Origin: Minisyncoccota bacterium
GTDB taxonomy: Bacteria > Patescibacteriota > Minisyncoccia > Phycocordibacterales > Zambryskibacteraceae
NCBI GenBank assembly: GCA_020059045.1
Contig: JAGVCW010000029.1
Coordinates: forward strand, 39,469 to 103,468
Length of the DNA: 64,000 bases
Reading direction: 5' to 3'
A model generated the notes under the pieces. The model was not told the origin of the DNA. It made no database searches and saw only the letters and a list, made by a program, of their open reading frames with translations. The translations under genes and the position numbers were made by a program. The stretch's first letter is position 1; each line of letters begins with the position of its first letter. Shown here in pieces: positions 49,219 to 59,242 of the stretch.

Positions 49219-49890
49219 GTGGAAAATGGCAAAGTAGTCTACTTTAAGTTTGAGTACCATCAATTCCGACATCTACTCCCTCAGATAGTCAGCTGTTATC
49301 GTGATGTCTTCGCCTCCCCACCGTGGAATGAGTGGAAGAAATGCGAAGAATGTGGTCAGAAATGGGGAATCCTGTCCCGGGATGAGCTCAACGCGGCAAA
49401 CCATGAGCATTGTGGCAAACAGGTTGTCGATTATTGGCCATCTGACGTAGTTATGGCAGAAATTAGCCGTGACCTTCAGGACAAGGAAACTTCTTGTTGG
49501 CTTGCAATGACAGGGTTTGGACAAGTTGTGGGTTTCATTTGGGGTTACCCCATTACACCTGAGGATCTTGCGCAAAAGCTTGGAAGACCAGACCTTGCAA
49601 GTAATTTGATCGAGAGGTTTGGTGATCATGAAAGGGTAGCATACCAGGATGAAATGGGAGTCCTCGAGGCATATAGAAGCAGGAAAATTGGTAAGGAACT
49701 TGCAAGGATGCGCTTAAAGGATTTCAAGCAGCAGGGATTAAAGGTAGGAGTTGTCCGTACTAAAACAATTCCTCCCACAGTAACCTATAACTGGTACACA
49801 AGAGATGGTTTCGAGACAGTATCTAGTTATGATGATCGCGACGGGAGAGTAGTTCTTGCTCGAAGTTACGAGGGTTACTATATTATTTAG
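49219..49890 (+). CDS. Hypothetical protein with N-terminal Cys/His cluster and a GNAT-like C-terminal region
   Basis: CEECGQKW…HEHCGKQ cluster. Loose acetyltransferase motif-A-like YRSRKIGKELARM. Higher GC than surroundings. Confidence 0.4.
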   Translation: MENGKVVYFKFEYHQFRHLLPQIVSCYRDVFASPPWNEWKKCEECGQKWGILSRDELNAANHEHCGKQVVDYWPSDVVMAEISRDLQDKETSCWLAMTGFGQVVGFIWGYPITPEDLAQKLGRPDLASNLIERFGDHERVAYQDEMGVLEAYRSRKIGKELARMRLKDFKQQGLKVGVVRTKTIPPTVTYNWYTRDGFETVSSYDDRDGRVVLARSYEGYYII

Positions 49891-49945
49891 TTATACTTTC
49901 GCAGTATTTGTCACATCTTCTGATGTGGCATTTTTTTAATATTGA

Positions 49946-50803
49946 TCACTTTGCCAAAACAAATACTTCACCGCCAATAGGTTTGTTCTCTCTGGGGAAA
50001 ATTATGTATTCGTTACTACCCGCAACATACTTTTTGTTTCCATCAGTTGCAAATATTTCTCCTTCCTTAAGCATTTCAAAATCATCATAGTGTTTTGAAA
50101 ATTTAAATTCATTTGTTTCCTTTATCCCAACTTTGAAAATATTTAAACGCACTTGTGGTTCCGAATTGTACTCAACACTCCGATCAATTAGGTCAAAATA
50201 TTGCAAAAATTGCTTAATAGATTGAATAGCAAGTGGCACGTTTTTCTCTGATTCAAATACCGAGCCACACTCAAGGCATAATGCACATTTACCTAGCGTT
50301 TCCATGTATTCATCTGATGATCCTTGGTGAAAATTGGACCATCCACCGGAGATGATTTCAAAGTTCATTAGTCGAGAGATATCTTCACTGAATTTGTTAA
50401 ATATAATGAATGGTTTTGTGTTCTTACTATTACTTGCATGTAAATCTAAGAGCGCATCACATTGGTCAAGTATACTCATTAAGTTTCTTGCAATAACATC
50501 CTCAGGTTCTGCCCCTGTGTTTCCTTTAAGAAAAAGCCTATTTAGGTTTATATTTACCTCTCGAACATTTGCTTTGATTGCTTCAGGGTTTGCAAGTACG
50601 AGATATAATTTTCCTCGTTTAATGTCTAACTTATCTGCCAATTGCTCTAAGGCATGTACCCCTGCTTTTTCGTTGCCATGTACTCCAGCAAAAATTGCAA
50701 CTGTTTTACCAGGTATGCCGCTGTCCTTCAGTAATATTGGATTATCTAAAGTTAGTTTCATACAAACATGATAGGCTGAATTGATTTTTTTGCAAAAACT
50801 CAT
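49946..50803 (-). CDS. Succinylglutamate desuccinylase/aspartoacylase (AstE/AspA) family zinc hydrolase
   Basis: AIFAGVHGNEKAG zinc-binding motif and downstream His/Glu ligands. Confidence 0.7.
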   Translation of the reverse strand: MSFCKKINSAYHVCMKLTLDNPILLKDSGIPGKTVAIFAGVHGNEKAGVHALEQLADKLDIKRGKLYLVLANPEAIKANVREVNINLNRLFLKGNTGAEPEDVIARNLMSILDQCDALLDLHASNSKNTKPFIIFNKFSEDISRLMNFEIISGGWSNFHQGSSDEYMETLGKCALCLECGSVFESEKNVPLAIQSIKQFLQYFDLIDRSVEYNSEPQVRLNIFKVGIKETNEFKFSKHYDDFEMLKEGEIFATDGNKKYVAGSNEYIIFPRENKPIGGEVFVLAK

Positions 50804-50914
50804 ATAATCCGGCTATAAATAATAAGATTGACCTAGCTATAAATAAATGCTAAAAATGGATCAGATTTCGATGGATTGGCTTACTAACATTTCACAAAAG
50901 GAGTACTCGAAAAA

Positions 50915-52243
50915 ATGTCTATAGAACCGAGGTTAGCATCAGGAATGAGAGACTATCTGCCTGAGGATATGATTCCTCGACAGAGAATGCTTGATAGGAT
51001 TCGAATTGTGTTCGAGTCGTTTGGTTTTGCTCCGCTCGACACACCGGGTCTTGAGCTCGAGGAAATCATCACAGGTGGTGATCCCAACTTTCGAATGCAG
51101 ATCTTTCGTGCAGGCTTGCGTGGTGGGGATGAAGAGAAACTTGCTCTTCGTTTCGATCTGACAATTCCACTTGCAAGAGTGGTTGCTCAATACGGCAGTC
51201 AATTGGAGCGCCCGTTCAAGCGCTACCAGATGGGTAAAGTATGGAGAGGTGAGAAACCTCAGGCTGGAAGGTTTAGGGAGTTTGTGCAATTGGATGCTGA
51301 TACCATTGGCTCAAGTATGATGACTGCCGATGCGGAGATCATTGCACTTATGTATGAAACAATGTGTGCGCTTGGCTTCAGCAACTTCCTAATGAGAGTA
51401 AACAATCGCAAGATTCTGAACGGCTTGTCTGAGTTCGTCGGGTTTGATAGTAAAATAATTCCCGATGTTTTGAGGATTATCGACAAGTTGGATAAGGACG
51501 GATGGGATGCAATTTCGGAAGAATTGGTGAAGGACCAAGCTTTCTCTCCTGAACAACTCTCCTTGTTAAAGCAGTTTCTCGATTTTCGTGCTATTAGCCA
51601 ACGAGCAACTATTGATGGTGTGAGGAAGCTAATGGCTAACTCACAAATGGCACAGGAGGGAATTGGGGAGCTAGAGGAGATTGTCTCATCTCTTGAAGCA
51701 ATGGGAATTCCCGACGACAAGTGGACCATTGATCTATCTGTTGCGCGTGGACTGGGTTACTACACTGGTCCTGTTTATGAAACAGTACTAACGGATGCTC
51801 CTGAGATCGGTAGTGTTTTCGGGGGAGGAAGGTATGATAACCTTGTCGCTCGATTTAGCTCTACGAGCGTGCCCGCAGTAGGGGTCTCAGCAGGTGTGGA
51901 TCGGATGTTTGCGGCAATGACCAAGCTTGGCATGATCAAGAAGGAACAGACCGTTGCCAAAGTTATGGTTCTCAACTTCGATAGCACATGCCGAAGTGAG
52001 TGTGAGAAAGTGGCTTCCTTGGTAAGACGCAGCGGAATCTCGACTGAGATTTATCTCGGGAAGGAGACCACTATCAAAGGACAACTTTCTGTTGCAGTAA
52101 GGAAGGATTACCCAATCGTTGTGATCATCGGCACACGTGAGAAAGAAAAAGGTGTTGCCCAAATAAAACAGCTACAATCGAGAAAGCAAGAGGATGTTCT
52201 ATTGGAAGATGTACCAGATGCGATTAAGAAAATGCTTGAGTGA
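50915..52243 (+). CDS. hisS: Histidine--tRNA ligase
   Basis: Class-II motifs (GMRDYLPE…, FGGGRYDNL). C-terminal anticodon-binding domain is present, so this is not HisZ. Confidence 0.85.
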   Translation: MSIEPRLASGMRDYLPEDMIPRQRMLDRIRIVFESFGFAPLDTPGLELEEIITGGDPNFRMQIFRAGLRGGDEEKLALRFDLTIPLARVVAQYGSQLERPFKRYQMGKVWRGEKPQAGRFREFVQLDADTIGSSMMTADAEIIALMYETMCALGFSNFLMRVNNRKILNGLSEFVGFDSKIIPDVLRIIDKLDKDGWDAISEELVKDQAFSPEQLSLLKQFLDFRAISQRATIDGVRKLMANSQMAQEGIGELEEIVSSLEAMGIPDDKWTIDLSVARGLGYYTGPVYETVLTDAPEIGSVFGGGRYDNLVARFSSTSVPAVGVSAGVDRMFAAMTKLGMIKKEQTVAKVMVLNFDSTCRSECEKVASLVRRSGISTEIYLGKETTIKGQLSVAVRKDYPIVVIIGTREKEKGVAQIKQLQSRKQEDVLLEDVPDAIKKMLE

Positions 52244-52299
52244 TATGGGGCGCACTATCGCCTAGTAATCACAATCGATCACATAAGTTGGTCGATTTT

Positions 52300-52346
52300 T
52301 TTTATAAAACAAAATCCCCGATCTGGCGCGAGCCAGACCGGGGGAT
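52300..52346 (-). terminator. Rho-independent terminator (minus strand; hairpin may also stop hisS read-through)
   Basis: TCCCCGATCTGGC-GCGA-GCCAGACCGGGGGA hairpin. A-rich on the plus strand upstream, giving a U-run for the minus strand. Confidence 0.6.
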
Positions 52347-52347
52347 A

Positions 52348-52797
52348 TCAAACTGTTTCTTTCTTCTTCTGATTGATCGCGGTAATGCCGATCACTACGA
52401 GGAGAATTGCTAGCCAGTGGTTCCAAACAAATTTGAAAAGCTCCACTGCGCCGATTAAAACCCCAAACACCACCATGGTCGCGATCAGGAACACAAAACT
52501 TACAAAGAATCCTAGAGCAACACCCAGAAATGCTCCTCCCGCTACCAGAAGCCACGATGGGGTTACTCTTTTGGGAAACCTGCTTGCCCAGCATACTGCC
52601 ACGATGCTTGCGAGTGCTGCGAGACCTGTGACGAGGATAATCTCCCACCACACGATGTTTGCCTCATAGTACAATCCCTTGGGATGATTCTGTGTTACAT
52701 CATGAAACAAAAGGGATACTCCCACGAATGCTCCAGGGATTGAAAGCAGCGATCCAAAAAACACAGCAGTGTACCTACCGACCTTTCCGGTTGTCAT
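52348..52797 (-). CDS. Hypothetical four-TM membrane protein
   Basis: Four hydrophobic helices, no recognisable motif. Terminator immediately 3'. Confidence 0.5.
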   Translation of the reverse strand: MTTGKVGRYTAVFFGSLLSIPGAFVGVSLLFHDVTQNHPKGLYYEANIVWWEIILVTGLAALASIVAVCWASRFPKRVTPSWLLVAGGAFLGVALGFFVSFVFLIATMVVFGVLIGAVELFKFVWNHWLAILLVVIGITAINQKKKETV

Positions 52798-52922
52798 GGT
52801 TTCTCCGTGGGTAGTCGTTTGTGGTTTCTATATATATTATAGCACAGTTAATGCACAAAAGTCAATACACAAAATATGGCCAAAAACAATGGTAAAATTG
52901 GAAATCAGAACCAGATAAAAAT

Positions 52923-53693
52923 GTGAAGACAAACCAAGAAATTTTGAACTTGTATAAACTGGAAGGAGAGACACCTCTTGAGTGCATTTTACGCTTCAAG
53001 AAAAATCATCCTGAATACGAAAAGGTTAATATGACATATGCTGGGCGACTTGATCCTATGGCTCGAGGAGTCCTCCTAGTTCTTGCTGGCAAGATAAATG
53101 AGCAGAGTAAAAAAGAGGTGATGGAGCTTGGTAAGGAGTATGAGTTTGAAATCCTATGGGGCTTTACCACAGATTCGTACGACGTACTTGGGTTGGTACT
53201 TGAAGTTAATAATATGCCACTCAAAAACTTTGATAGAAAAATATTGCCCCTTCTAAAAAATATTCAAAAAAAGAAAACTCAAGCTTATCCGCCATTCTCG
53301 TCTCGCACGGTGCTAGGCAAAGCACTTCATGCTTGGGCGAGAGAAGGGAAGATTGATGAAGTTGAGATACCAACTAGACATGTAAGTATTTTCACCCTCG
53401 AACATGTTCATACAAGATTGGTATCACAAAAAGATATTCTCGAGGATATCATAAGTCGAATTTCAAAAGTTAAAGGTGATTTCCGCCAAGAGGAAATAAT
53501 GAAACGCTGGAAGGAGGTAATTGAACCAAATGAACAAGCACTCATTTCACTCTGTAGGGCAGAAGTTTCGAGTGGCACATATATTAGATCACTTGCTCAG
53601 GAGATGGGAGAGATACTTGGCTGTGGTGCGGTAGCGTATTCGATAAAGAGAACTAGAGTGGGAGAGTACAATCAAATGAAAAGTCAAAAATAA
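52923..53693 (+). CDS. truB: tRNA pseudouridine(55) synthase TruB-family
   Basis: YAGRLDPMARGVLLVL catalytic-Asp motif. PUA-less short form. Confidence 0.75.
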   Translation: MKTNQEILNLYKLEGETPLECILRFKKNHPEYEKVNMTYAGRLDPMARGVLLVLAGKINEQSKKEVMELGKEYEFEILWGFTTDSYDVLGLVLEVNNMPLKNFDRKILPLLKNIQKKKTQAYPPFSSRTVLGKALHAWAREGKIDEVEIPTRHVSIFTLEHVHTRLVSQKDILEDIISRISKVKGDFRQEEIMKRWKEVIEPNEQALISLCRAEVSSGTYIRSLAQEMGEILGCGAVAYSIKRTRVGEYNQMKSQK

Positions 53694-53856
53694 AAGTGGA
53701 AAATCAAAATTAAGAATCATCATAAATTCTACGCTATCGCGGGAATTTATGATGGAAGTAAGAGGGGGGTATAGTCTTAAAGATTTCCCTACTTGGACGT
53801 TGGACGTCCAAGTAGGGAAGAGCGGTGCCAAGGTGGTGGAGGGTAGACGTCGAATT

Positions 53857-53885
53857 TGACAGCCAAGTACTCTTGTAGTATCATG
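53857..53885 (+). promoter_or_regulatory. Sigma-70-type promoter
   Basis: TTGACA, 17-nt spacer, TATCAT, upstream of the ORF at 53929. Confidence 0.4.
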
Positions 53886-53928
53886 TATAAAGGTACAGCA
53901 CAACAAAACCCCAACCAGGGAGGGAAAG

Positions 53929-54285
53929 TTGTTTACAAATCAGAACCAAGTTTACGAGGCTTACCAAGTATTCTGTTGGTGTCTACTCGGATTTACTCAA
54001 GTGGGTCTCTACCTTGGCACAAAAACAAGAAGCCCGAGAGTACTTATCGCCACAATTTGCTTGGTTCCAGGCAGTCTCGCTGTAGTTGGAATTTACGCGG
54101 CCATTTCCTATCGAAGTTTTCAAGAACAGACAAGTGGTTTCACAGTGGCAACTGGCGTGATTGCTGAAGCGACGGCGCTTACTGTCATCGCACTTTGTAT
54201 TATGTCAATGTGTTGGTGGACTAATACAACACGGGTTCTCTCGGGGATGGAACCAGATGAAAGTAGGGTGGTGGACAGAATGTAG
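53929..54285 (+). CDS. Hypothetical membrane protein
   Basis: Three hydrophobic helices, in a GC-richer segment. Confidence 0.35.
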   Translation: MFTNQNQVYEAYQVFCWCLLGFTQVGLYLGTKTRSPRVLIATICLVPGSLAVVGIYAAISYRSFQEQTSGFTVATGVIAEATALTVIALCIMSMCWWTNTTRVLSGMEPDESRVVDRM

Positions 54286-54430
54286 TTCCCCAGATGGTAG
54301 ATGACGTACTTCTTTAGTAGTCGTCTTTTTTTGTGCAAAGTTCTTTATTGTCACAAGTAGTTGACAAGTGGGTGAGAGATGGTATTGTGGGAGGTAGAAA
54401 TAAGCCCTTAAACAATCAAGCGAGGAGTGC

Positions 54431-55075
54431 GTGATGAAAACAATCATCAAGATTGACTACGAAAGTCTGATTTTCCAAGGGATCGGAGAGGCACAGGGCA
54501 GAGCTGAAGACATCGAGCATGTGAGAGCGGAGTGGCTGGTGGAAATCGGAAGACGAGCGGTGAAAAGGAGTAAGGATCCTACGATGGGACGCGACCAGTT
54601 CCCGTCATGGGTGGTCAGCCCCATTTCTTATTTCCACGGTGTACAATTTCATGTTGATTCTTCGATTGCTTTTATTTTGTCACTGGTTACAAGCGGAGAA
54701 ATTGTTCTTGCGAAATTGGCTCGTGGCAAAAAGGTTTATGTTGTTAGTGCCAAACGGATTCTGACAGGAGAAGAGTATGTAGATTACCTTGCAGAATTTG
54801 GCTTAAAGCCATGCGAGCACGCTCCCAATTATCTCCTTGGGCTCATGGCTAAAGTGCATCCATCAGACATGCCTGATGATCTAGAAAGAGTGCATATAAT
54901 TGCAGCTGATCCTTGCCAGCAAAGCTCCGCCTTCCACGTAAGAGGTTTCGATCATTTCTTGAGTGTGTGCCATAGGTCTAAAAGAGACGAAGGGCCAAAT
55001 AGATCTCTAAGTCTACACAGAAAGATAAATCCAGAATGGCCCCGTCGCAGTGCGTTCCTCGCTGAGGAAGCATAA
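54431..55075 (+). CDS. Hypothetical protein
   Basis: 214-aa ORF in a GC-richer segment. No recognisable motif. Confidence 0.4.
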   Translation: MMKTIIKIDYESLIFQGIGEAQGRAEDIEHVRAEWLVEIGRRAVKRSKDPTMGRDQFPSWVVSPISYFHGVQFHVDSSIAFILSLVTSGEIVLAKLARGKKVYVVSAKRILTGEEYVDYLAEFGLKPCEHAPNYLLGLMAKVHPSDMPDDLERVHIIAADPCQQSSAFHVRGFDHFLSVCHRSKRDEGPNRSLSLHRKINPEWPRRSAFLAEEA

Positions 55076-55123
55076 TGAAGGGCTTTTGAGCCCCTCAACC
55101 AGGGGCTCTTTTTTATACAAAAA

Positions 55124-56935
55124 TTATTTCTTCTCCCTAAGAGCTTTGGTCCGGGCCGACTCGGTGAGGTACTTCTTCCTTAGGCGAACGTCTTTCGGAG
55201 TGATCTCTATGTAATCATCTTCGGCCATTACTTCCATTGCTCTTTCTATCGAGAGCGACCAGGCTGGAGCAAGATAAATCCCTTCGTCTGACCCGGAGGC
55301 GCGCATGTTTGTAAGCTGTTTGCCTTTTGTAGGATTAACATAAAGATCATCTCCCTTGGTGACATTACCGACAACTTGGCCTTCGTAGATCTCATCACTT
55401 GGGGAAATATATAAAGTGCCTCTCTGTTGAAGATTGTCGAGAGAGAATGCTAAAACTTTTCCGTTTTCCATGGAAACCATGGATCCGTAGCTCTGCTTGC
55501 GAATGTCACCGACGTAATCTCTAAATTCGATAAATCTACTTGAAAGAATCCCAAGACCCTTGGTATCTATAATAAACTGCCCGCGGTAGCCAAGGAGTGA
55601 TCGTGTGGGAACTTCAAAAATTAGTCGTGACTGGTTGTCGTGCTCCTTCTTCAAACTCATGAGTGTACCACGCCTCTCTGTGAGCTTGCCGATGATCGCG
55701 CCCTCAAACTCTGCGGGAACATCGATGACCGTTTCCTCGAAGGGTTCTAACTTTTTGTTGCCCTCTTCTTTAATGATGACTTGAGGCTGTGAGACCTGGA
55801 GCTCGTAACCTTCGCGGCGCATGTTCTCAAGTAGAATTGCAATGTGAAGTTCGCCGCGGCCGTACACTGTGATGAACTCGTTTGATGAAAAATCAACTTT
55901 GAGACCTACGTTAACTTCTAGCTCACGCTCGAGCCGCTCCCGGATCTGACGACCAGTAACATACTTGCCGACGCGTCCTGCAAAAGGAGAATCGTTCACA
56001 AGGAAATTCAGAGAAATGGTCGGCTCATCTATGTTAATCGCAGGAAGAGGAGTGGTGTTCTCGTCACTTGAAATAGTTTCTCCGATGAAAATATTTGGGA
56101 GGCCTGCGATCATCACGATGTCGCCTGTGTTTGCCATTGGTGCTTCCTGGCGAGTGACTCCCTCGAATGTAAATAGTTTTGTGATCTTTCCAGAGTAGGA
56201 TTCGCCGTTTGGCTTCTTCACAAAAACGGTTTCGCCGGTCTTTACCTCGCCATCATATATGCGACATACCGCCATTCGTCCAAGGAAATTATCGTAGGCA
56301 AGATTGAATGATTGAAGTTTTGCAGGCATCTCGGGAGTGCTTATTGCCGGAGGAACTTCTTCGAGTATCAGATCAAGTAAGGGGAACAGATTGTCTGAAC
56401 TGTCTGTAAGGTTCTTTTTTGCAATGCCGTCGCGACCTATCGCGTAAACACAAGAGAAGTTCAACTGGTCGTCCGTCGCACCAAGCTCAAGGAAAAGTTC
56501 AAGCACAAGCTCGTGAACAACTTCGGGACGTGCGGCCGGCTTGTCGATCTTGTTTATAACTACTATTGGTTTCAAACCGAGCTCAAGAGATTTCTTAAGT
56601 ACAAACCTGGTCTGGGGCATAGGTCCTTCTTGAGCATCTACTACAAGAAGTACAGTGTCGATGGAGCGGAGTACACGCTCGACTTCGCTACCAAAGTCGG
56701 AGTGCCCTGGAGTGTCTACAATATTAATCTTTGTAACTGGTCGGCCAGAGCTTGCGGAAGGGTAGAAGACCGAAGTGTTTTTGGCATAAATTGTAATACC
56801 ACGCTCTTGTTCTAGAGCGTTTGAGTCCATAGTTACACCCTCTTCCACCATGCCGGTTTGGCGCATGAGGGCGTCTGTAAGAGTGGTCTTACCGTGGTCA
56901 ACGTGGGCAATTATTGCTATATTTCTGATTTCCAT
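55124..56935 (-). CDS. typA: Translational GTPase TypA/BipA
   Basis: IAIIAHVDHGKTTL G1 motif, DTPGH, NKIDK. EF-G-like domains plus a BipA C-terminal domain. Confidence 0.9.
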   Translation of the reverse strand: MEIRNIAIIAHVDHGKTTLTDALMRQTGMVEEGVTMDSNALEQERGITIYAKNTSVFYPSASSGRPVTKINIVDTPGHSDFGSEVERVLRSIDTVLLVVDAQEGPMPQTRFVLKKSLELGLKPIVVINKIDKPAARPEVVHELVLELFLELGATDDQLNFSCVYAIGRDGIAKKNLTDSSDNLFPLLDLILEEVPPAISTPEMPAKLQSFNLAYDNFLGRMAVCRIYDGEVKTGETVFVKKPNGESYSGKITKLFTFEGVTRQEAPMANTGDIVMIAGLPNIFIGETISSDENTTPLPAINIDEPTISLNFLVNDSPFAGRVGKYVTGRQIRERLERELEVNVGLKVDFSSNEFITVYGRGELHIAILLENMRREGYELQVSQPQVIIKEEGNKKLEPFEETVIDVPAEFEGAIIGKLTERRGTLMSLKKEHDNQSRLIFEVPTRSLLGYRGQFIIDTKGLGILSSRFIEFRDYVGDIRKQSYGSMVSMENGKVLAFSLDNLQQRGTLYISPSDEIYEGQVVGNVTKGDDLYVNPTKGKQLTNMRASGSDEGIYLAPAWSLSIERAMEVMAEDDYIEITPKDVRLRKKYLTESARTKALREKK

Positions 56936-57149
56936 ACTATTGAAATGCTTTGTTTATTCTCCCGCAACTTGCCCCGTGTGAGCTGTAAGCTATCGCTTTG
57001 GGGTGGTCAACGCGGGCAATTATCGCAATGTTTCTCGTTTCCATTATTCAAATATGAATGTGTACCTTAACATATAAATGACAATTAAAACATAGAATTC
57101 CTATCTGGAGAAGTAATCTGAATATGGGTATAATAAGAATTACAACAAA

Positions 57150-57386
57150 ATGATTGAAAACCCATTCATGGCGCTTGCGATAAGTGCAGTAAAGATAAAC
57201 AAGAATTTCTTGTGGGCGGCGCTCATTCTCGCACTTCTTTTCTACGTAATAATATCTGGGGTGCTCCTCTTCCATTGGCAGAGATACGGGATGGGGAGTA
57301 GGAAGATAAAGTTTGCACGCAATCTATATTTCCTAGTATCTGTAGCAATACTTTTCGGGGCTGTGACTATACTTACTTCTATATAA
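57150..57386 (+). CDS. Small two-TM membrane protein
   Basis: 78-aa ORF with two hydrophobic helices. Confidence 0.4.
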   Translation: MIENPFMALAISAVKINKNFLWAALILALLFYVIISGVLLFHWQRYGMGSRKIKFARNLYFLVSVAILFGAVTILTSI

Positions 57387-57394
57387 TTTCAATC

Positions 57395-57964
57395 ATGCTT
57401 CATCTTGACCCTGGCGAAACAATAGTGCTTGAAGTGCGGAAACACTGGTTCGTATTCTTCGCGTACGGATTCTCACTTGTACTTGCCGCAATCCTGCCAC
57501 TTGTATTTTTCGGGGCGACACTTCTTGTTGACCCAATTCAGAGTGCTGTTAACGATTTACATATCGGATCACTTGCATCATTTGCCTACATGGTCTGGCT
57601 CTTGGTGCTCTGGATGGCGTTCTTCGTCCAGTGGACCAACTACTATCTCGATGTTTGGTACATAACTGAGAAAAGAATTATTGATGTAGATCAGAAGGGA
57701 ATATTTCATCGTGAGATCACGAGCTTAAGATTTGATAAAATTCAGGATATTACTGTAGAGGTCAGAGGGCTACTTGCAACGTTTCTAAACTTTGGGGACA
57801 TCCGCGTACAAACTGCATCGGAAAGTAGTAAGGACTTCTACTTGAGACTTGCGGCGCATCCTGAGCGCATACGACAAATAATATTCTCCCATCACAACCG
57901 TGAAGCAGAAAAAGTTCAGTCTGTGAAAGTTCTGCCTCATGAACTAAATGAAACCAAAGAGTAA
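57395..57964 (+). CDS. Membrane protein with bacterial PH-like (YdbS/YdbT, DUF304-type) domain
   Basis: Two TM helices (…WFVFFAYGFSLVLAAILPL…, …MVWLLVLWMAFFV…) followed by a soluble domain with bPH topology. Confidence 0.5.
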   Translation: MLHLDPGETIVLEVRKHWFVFFAYGFSLVLAAILPLVFFGATLLVDPIQSAVNDLHIGSLASFAYMVWLLVLWMAFFVQWTNYYLDVWYITEKRIIDVDQKGIFHREITSLRFDKIQDITVEVRGLLATFLNFGDIRVQTASESSKDFYLRLAAHPERIRQIIFSHHNREAEKVQSVKVLPHELNETKE

Positions 57965-58823
57965 TAACACAATTCGCATTCTGCTTTGCGTGGTCTTTGT
58001 GATTGCGATTATTTGGGCTGTAAAGGGGTCGCCGAAAGTTGAGCTTGTTGTAAGAGACTTCCTAGATGGGGCAAGGATTGAAAATTTAATTGAGAATTTC
58101 CAGAAAGAGATTCGAAACCCGGGTGCTCTAATTGGCAAGATTGATGCACCGGAAACGGTACTGACAAAGGCAGGTGTAATGGCATTTACAAATAGGGAGC
58201 GTAGAAATGCGGGACTCACAGTGTTTCTAGCAGATGCCGAGCTTGATAGAGTGGCCCTAGAACGGGCACGTGATATGTTTGCCAAAGGATACTTCGAGCA
58301 TGTCTCACCAAGTGGGGAATCTGCTTCGACGGTGGCTGAAGATATAGAGTACGAGTACATAACTATTGGAGAAAATATTGCTCTGGGCAATTTTGCCGAT
58401 GATGAAACACTTGTGCAAGCATGGATGGATAGCCCGGGGCACAAAGCAAACATACTTCATAACAAATTTACGCATCTTGGAGTGGCGGCAGAGAAGGGGC
58501 TCTACAACGGAAAGCAAACATGGATTTCTGTTCAGATATTTTCGCGACCAATGTCAGAATGTCCAGCTGTGAGTGCAAGTCTTCGAGCGACAATTCAGAC
58601 GAATACAGACGAGCTTGATCAATTGCGAGTAAGGATTGATGTTTTGAAAAGTGAACTTGAAGAAATGAAAGGGGATAGAGGAAGTCGAGATGAATACAAC
58701 GCAAAGGTAGAAGAGCATAATGCACTTGCTAAAGAGATAAACGAGAAAGTCTCTGCACTTAAAAGCCAAATAGCAACATATAACCAGGAAGTAAAAACAT
58801 ATAACTCGTGTGTGGGAGAGTAA
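57948..58823 (+). CDS. CAP/SCP/PR-1-like secreted protein (YkwD-like) with C-terminal coiled coil
   Basis: N-terminal signal/TM. CAP motifs …GYFEHVSP…GENIA…HKANILHNKFTHLGVA. Confidence 0.7.
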   Translation: MKPKSNNTIRILLCVVFVIAIIWAVKGSPKVELVVRDFLDGARIENLIENFQKEIRNPGALIGKIDAPETVLTKAGVMAFTNRERRNAGLTVFLADAELDRVALERARDMFAKGYFEHVSPSGESASTVAEDIEYEYITIGENIALGNFADDETLVQAWMDSPGHKANILHNKFTHLGVAAEKGLYNGKQTWISVQIFSRPMSECPAVSASLRATIQTNTDELDQLRVRIDVLKSELEEMKGDRGSRDEYNAKVEEHNALAKEINEKVSALKSQIATYNQEVKTYNSCVGE

Positions 58824-58831
58824 GTAGAAAA

Positions 58832-59242
58832 CTAGTCTAGGTTTACAATGGTGATCTCACTTTCTATTACATTTACATTTGGTTTAGAGAGTCTCGTAGC
58901 GGCTGCATTGCGGATTGTGTAGTTGCCTGGGTTTAGGAAAACCATGAAGGAGCCTCGTGGGTTTGCAACAGTCTCTGTAACGACATTACCTCTAGAGTCT
59001 TCTATTACAAAATGATTTTTTGCTTTCGAGTTCTCCTCTCCTCTAACAGCTTTAATACCTGAGTGCTTGGTGGAGGTGCCAATAGTTAAGGAGTATGAGC
59101 CAGAGTCTGTCATCTCCAAATAGTTTATAGTGGCCTGGTATTGTCTACCAATATAAAAAGTCCAGATAGGCAGTATAAGAATGAAAAATATTACTGCCGC
59201 GAATTTGGAATACCATGTAACCCTGTCCCACTCAATGTTCAT
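58832..59242 (-). CDS. Hypothetical membrane-anchored protein
   Basis: N-terminal TM helix. No recognisable motif. Confidence 0.45.
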   Translation of the reverse strand: MNIEWDRVTWYSKFAAVIFFILILPIWTFYIGRQYQATINYLEMTDSGSYSLTIGTSTKHSGIKAVRGEENSKAKNHFVIEDSRGNVVTETVANPRGSFMVFLNPGNYTIRNAAATRLSKPNVNVIESEITIVNLD

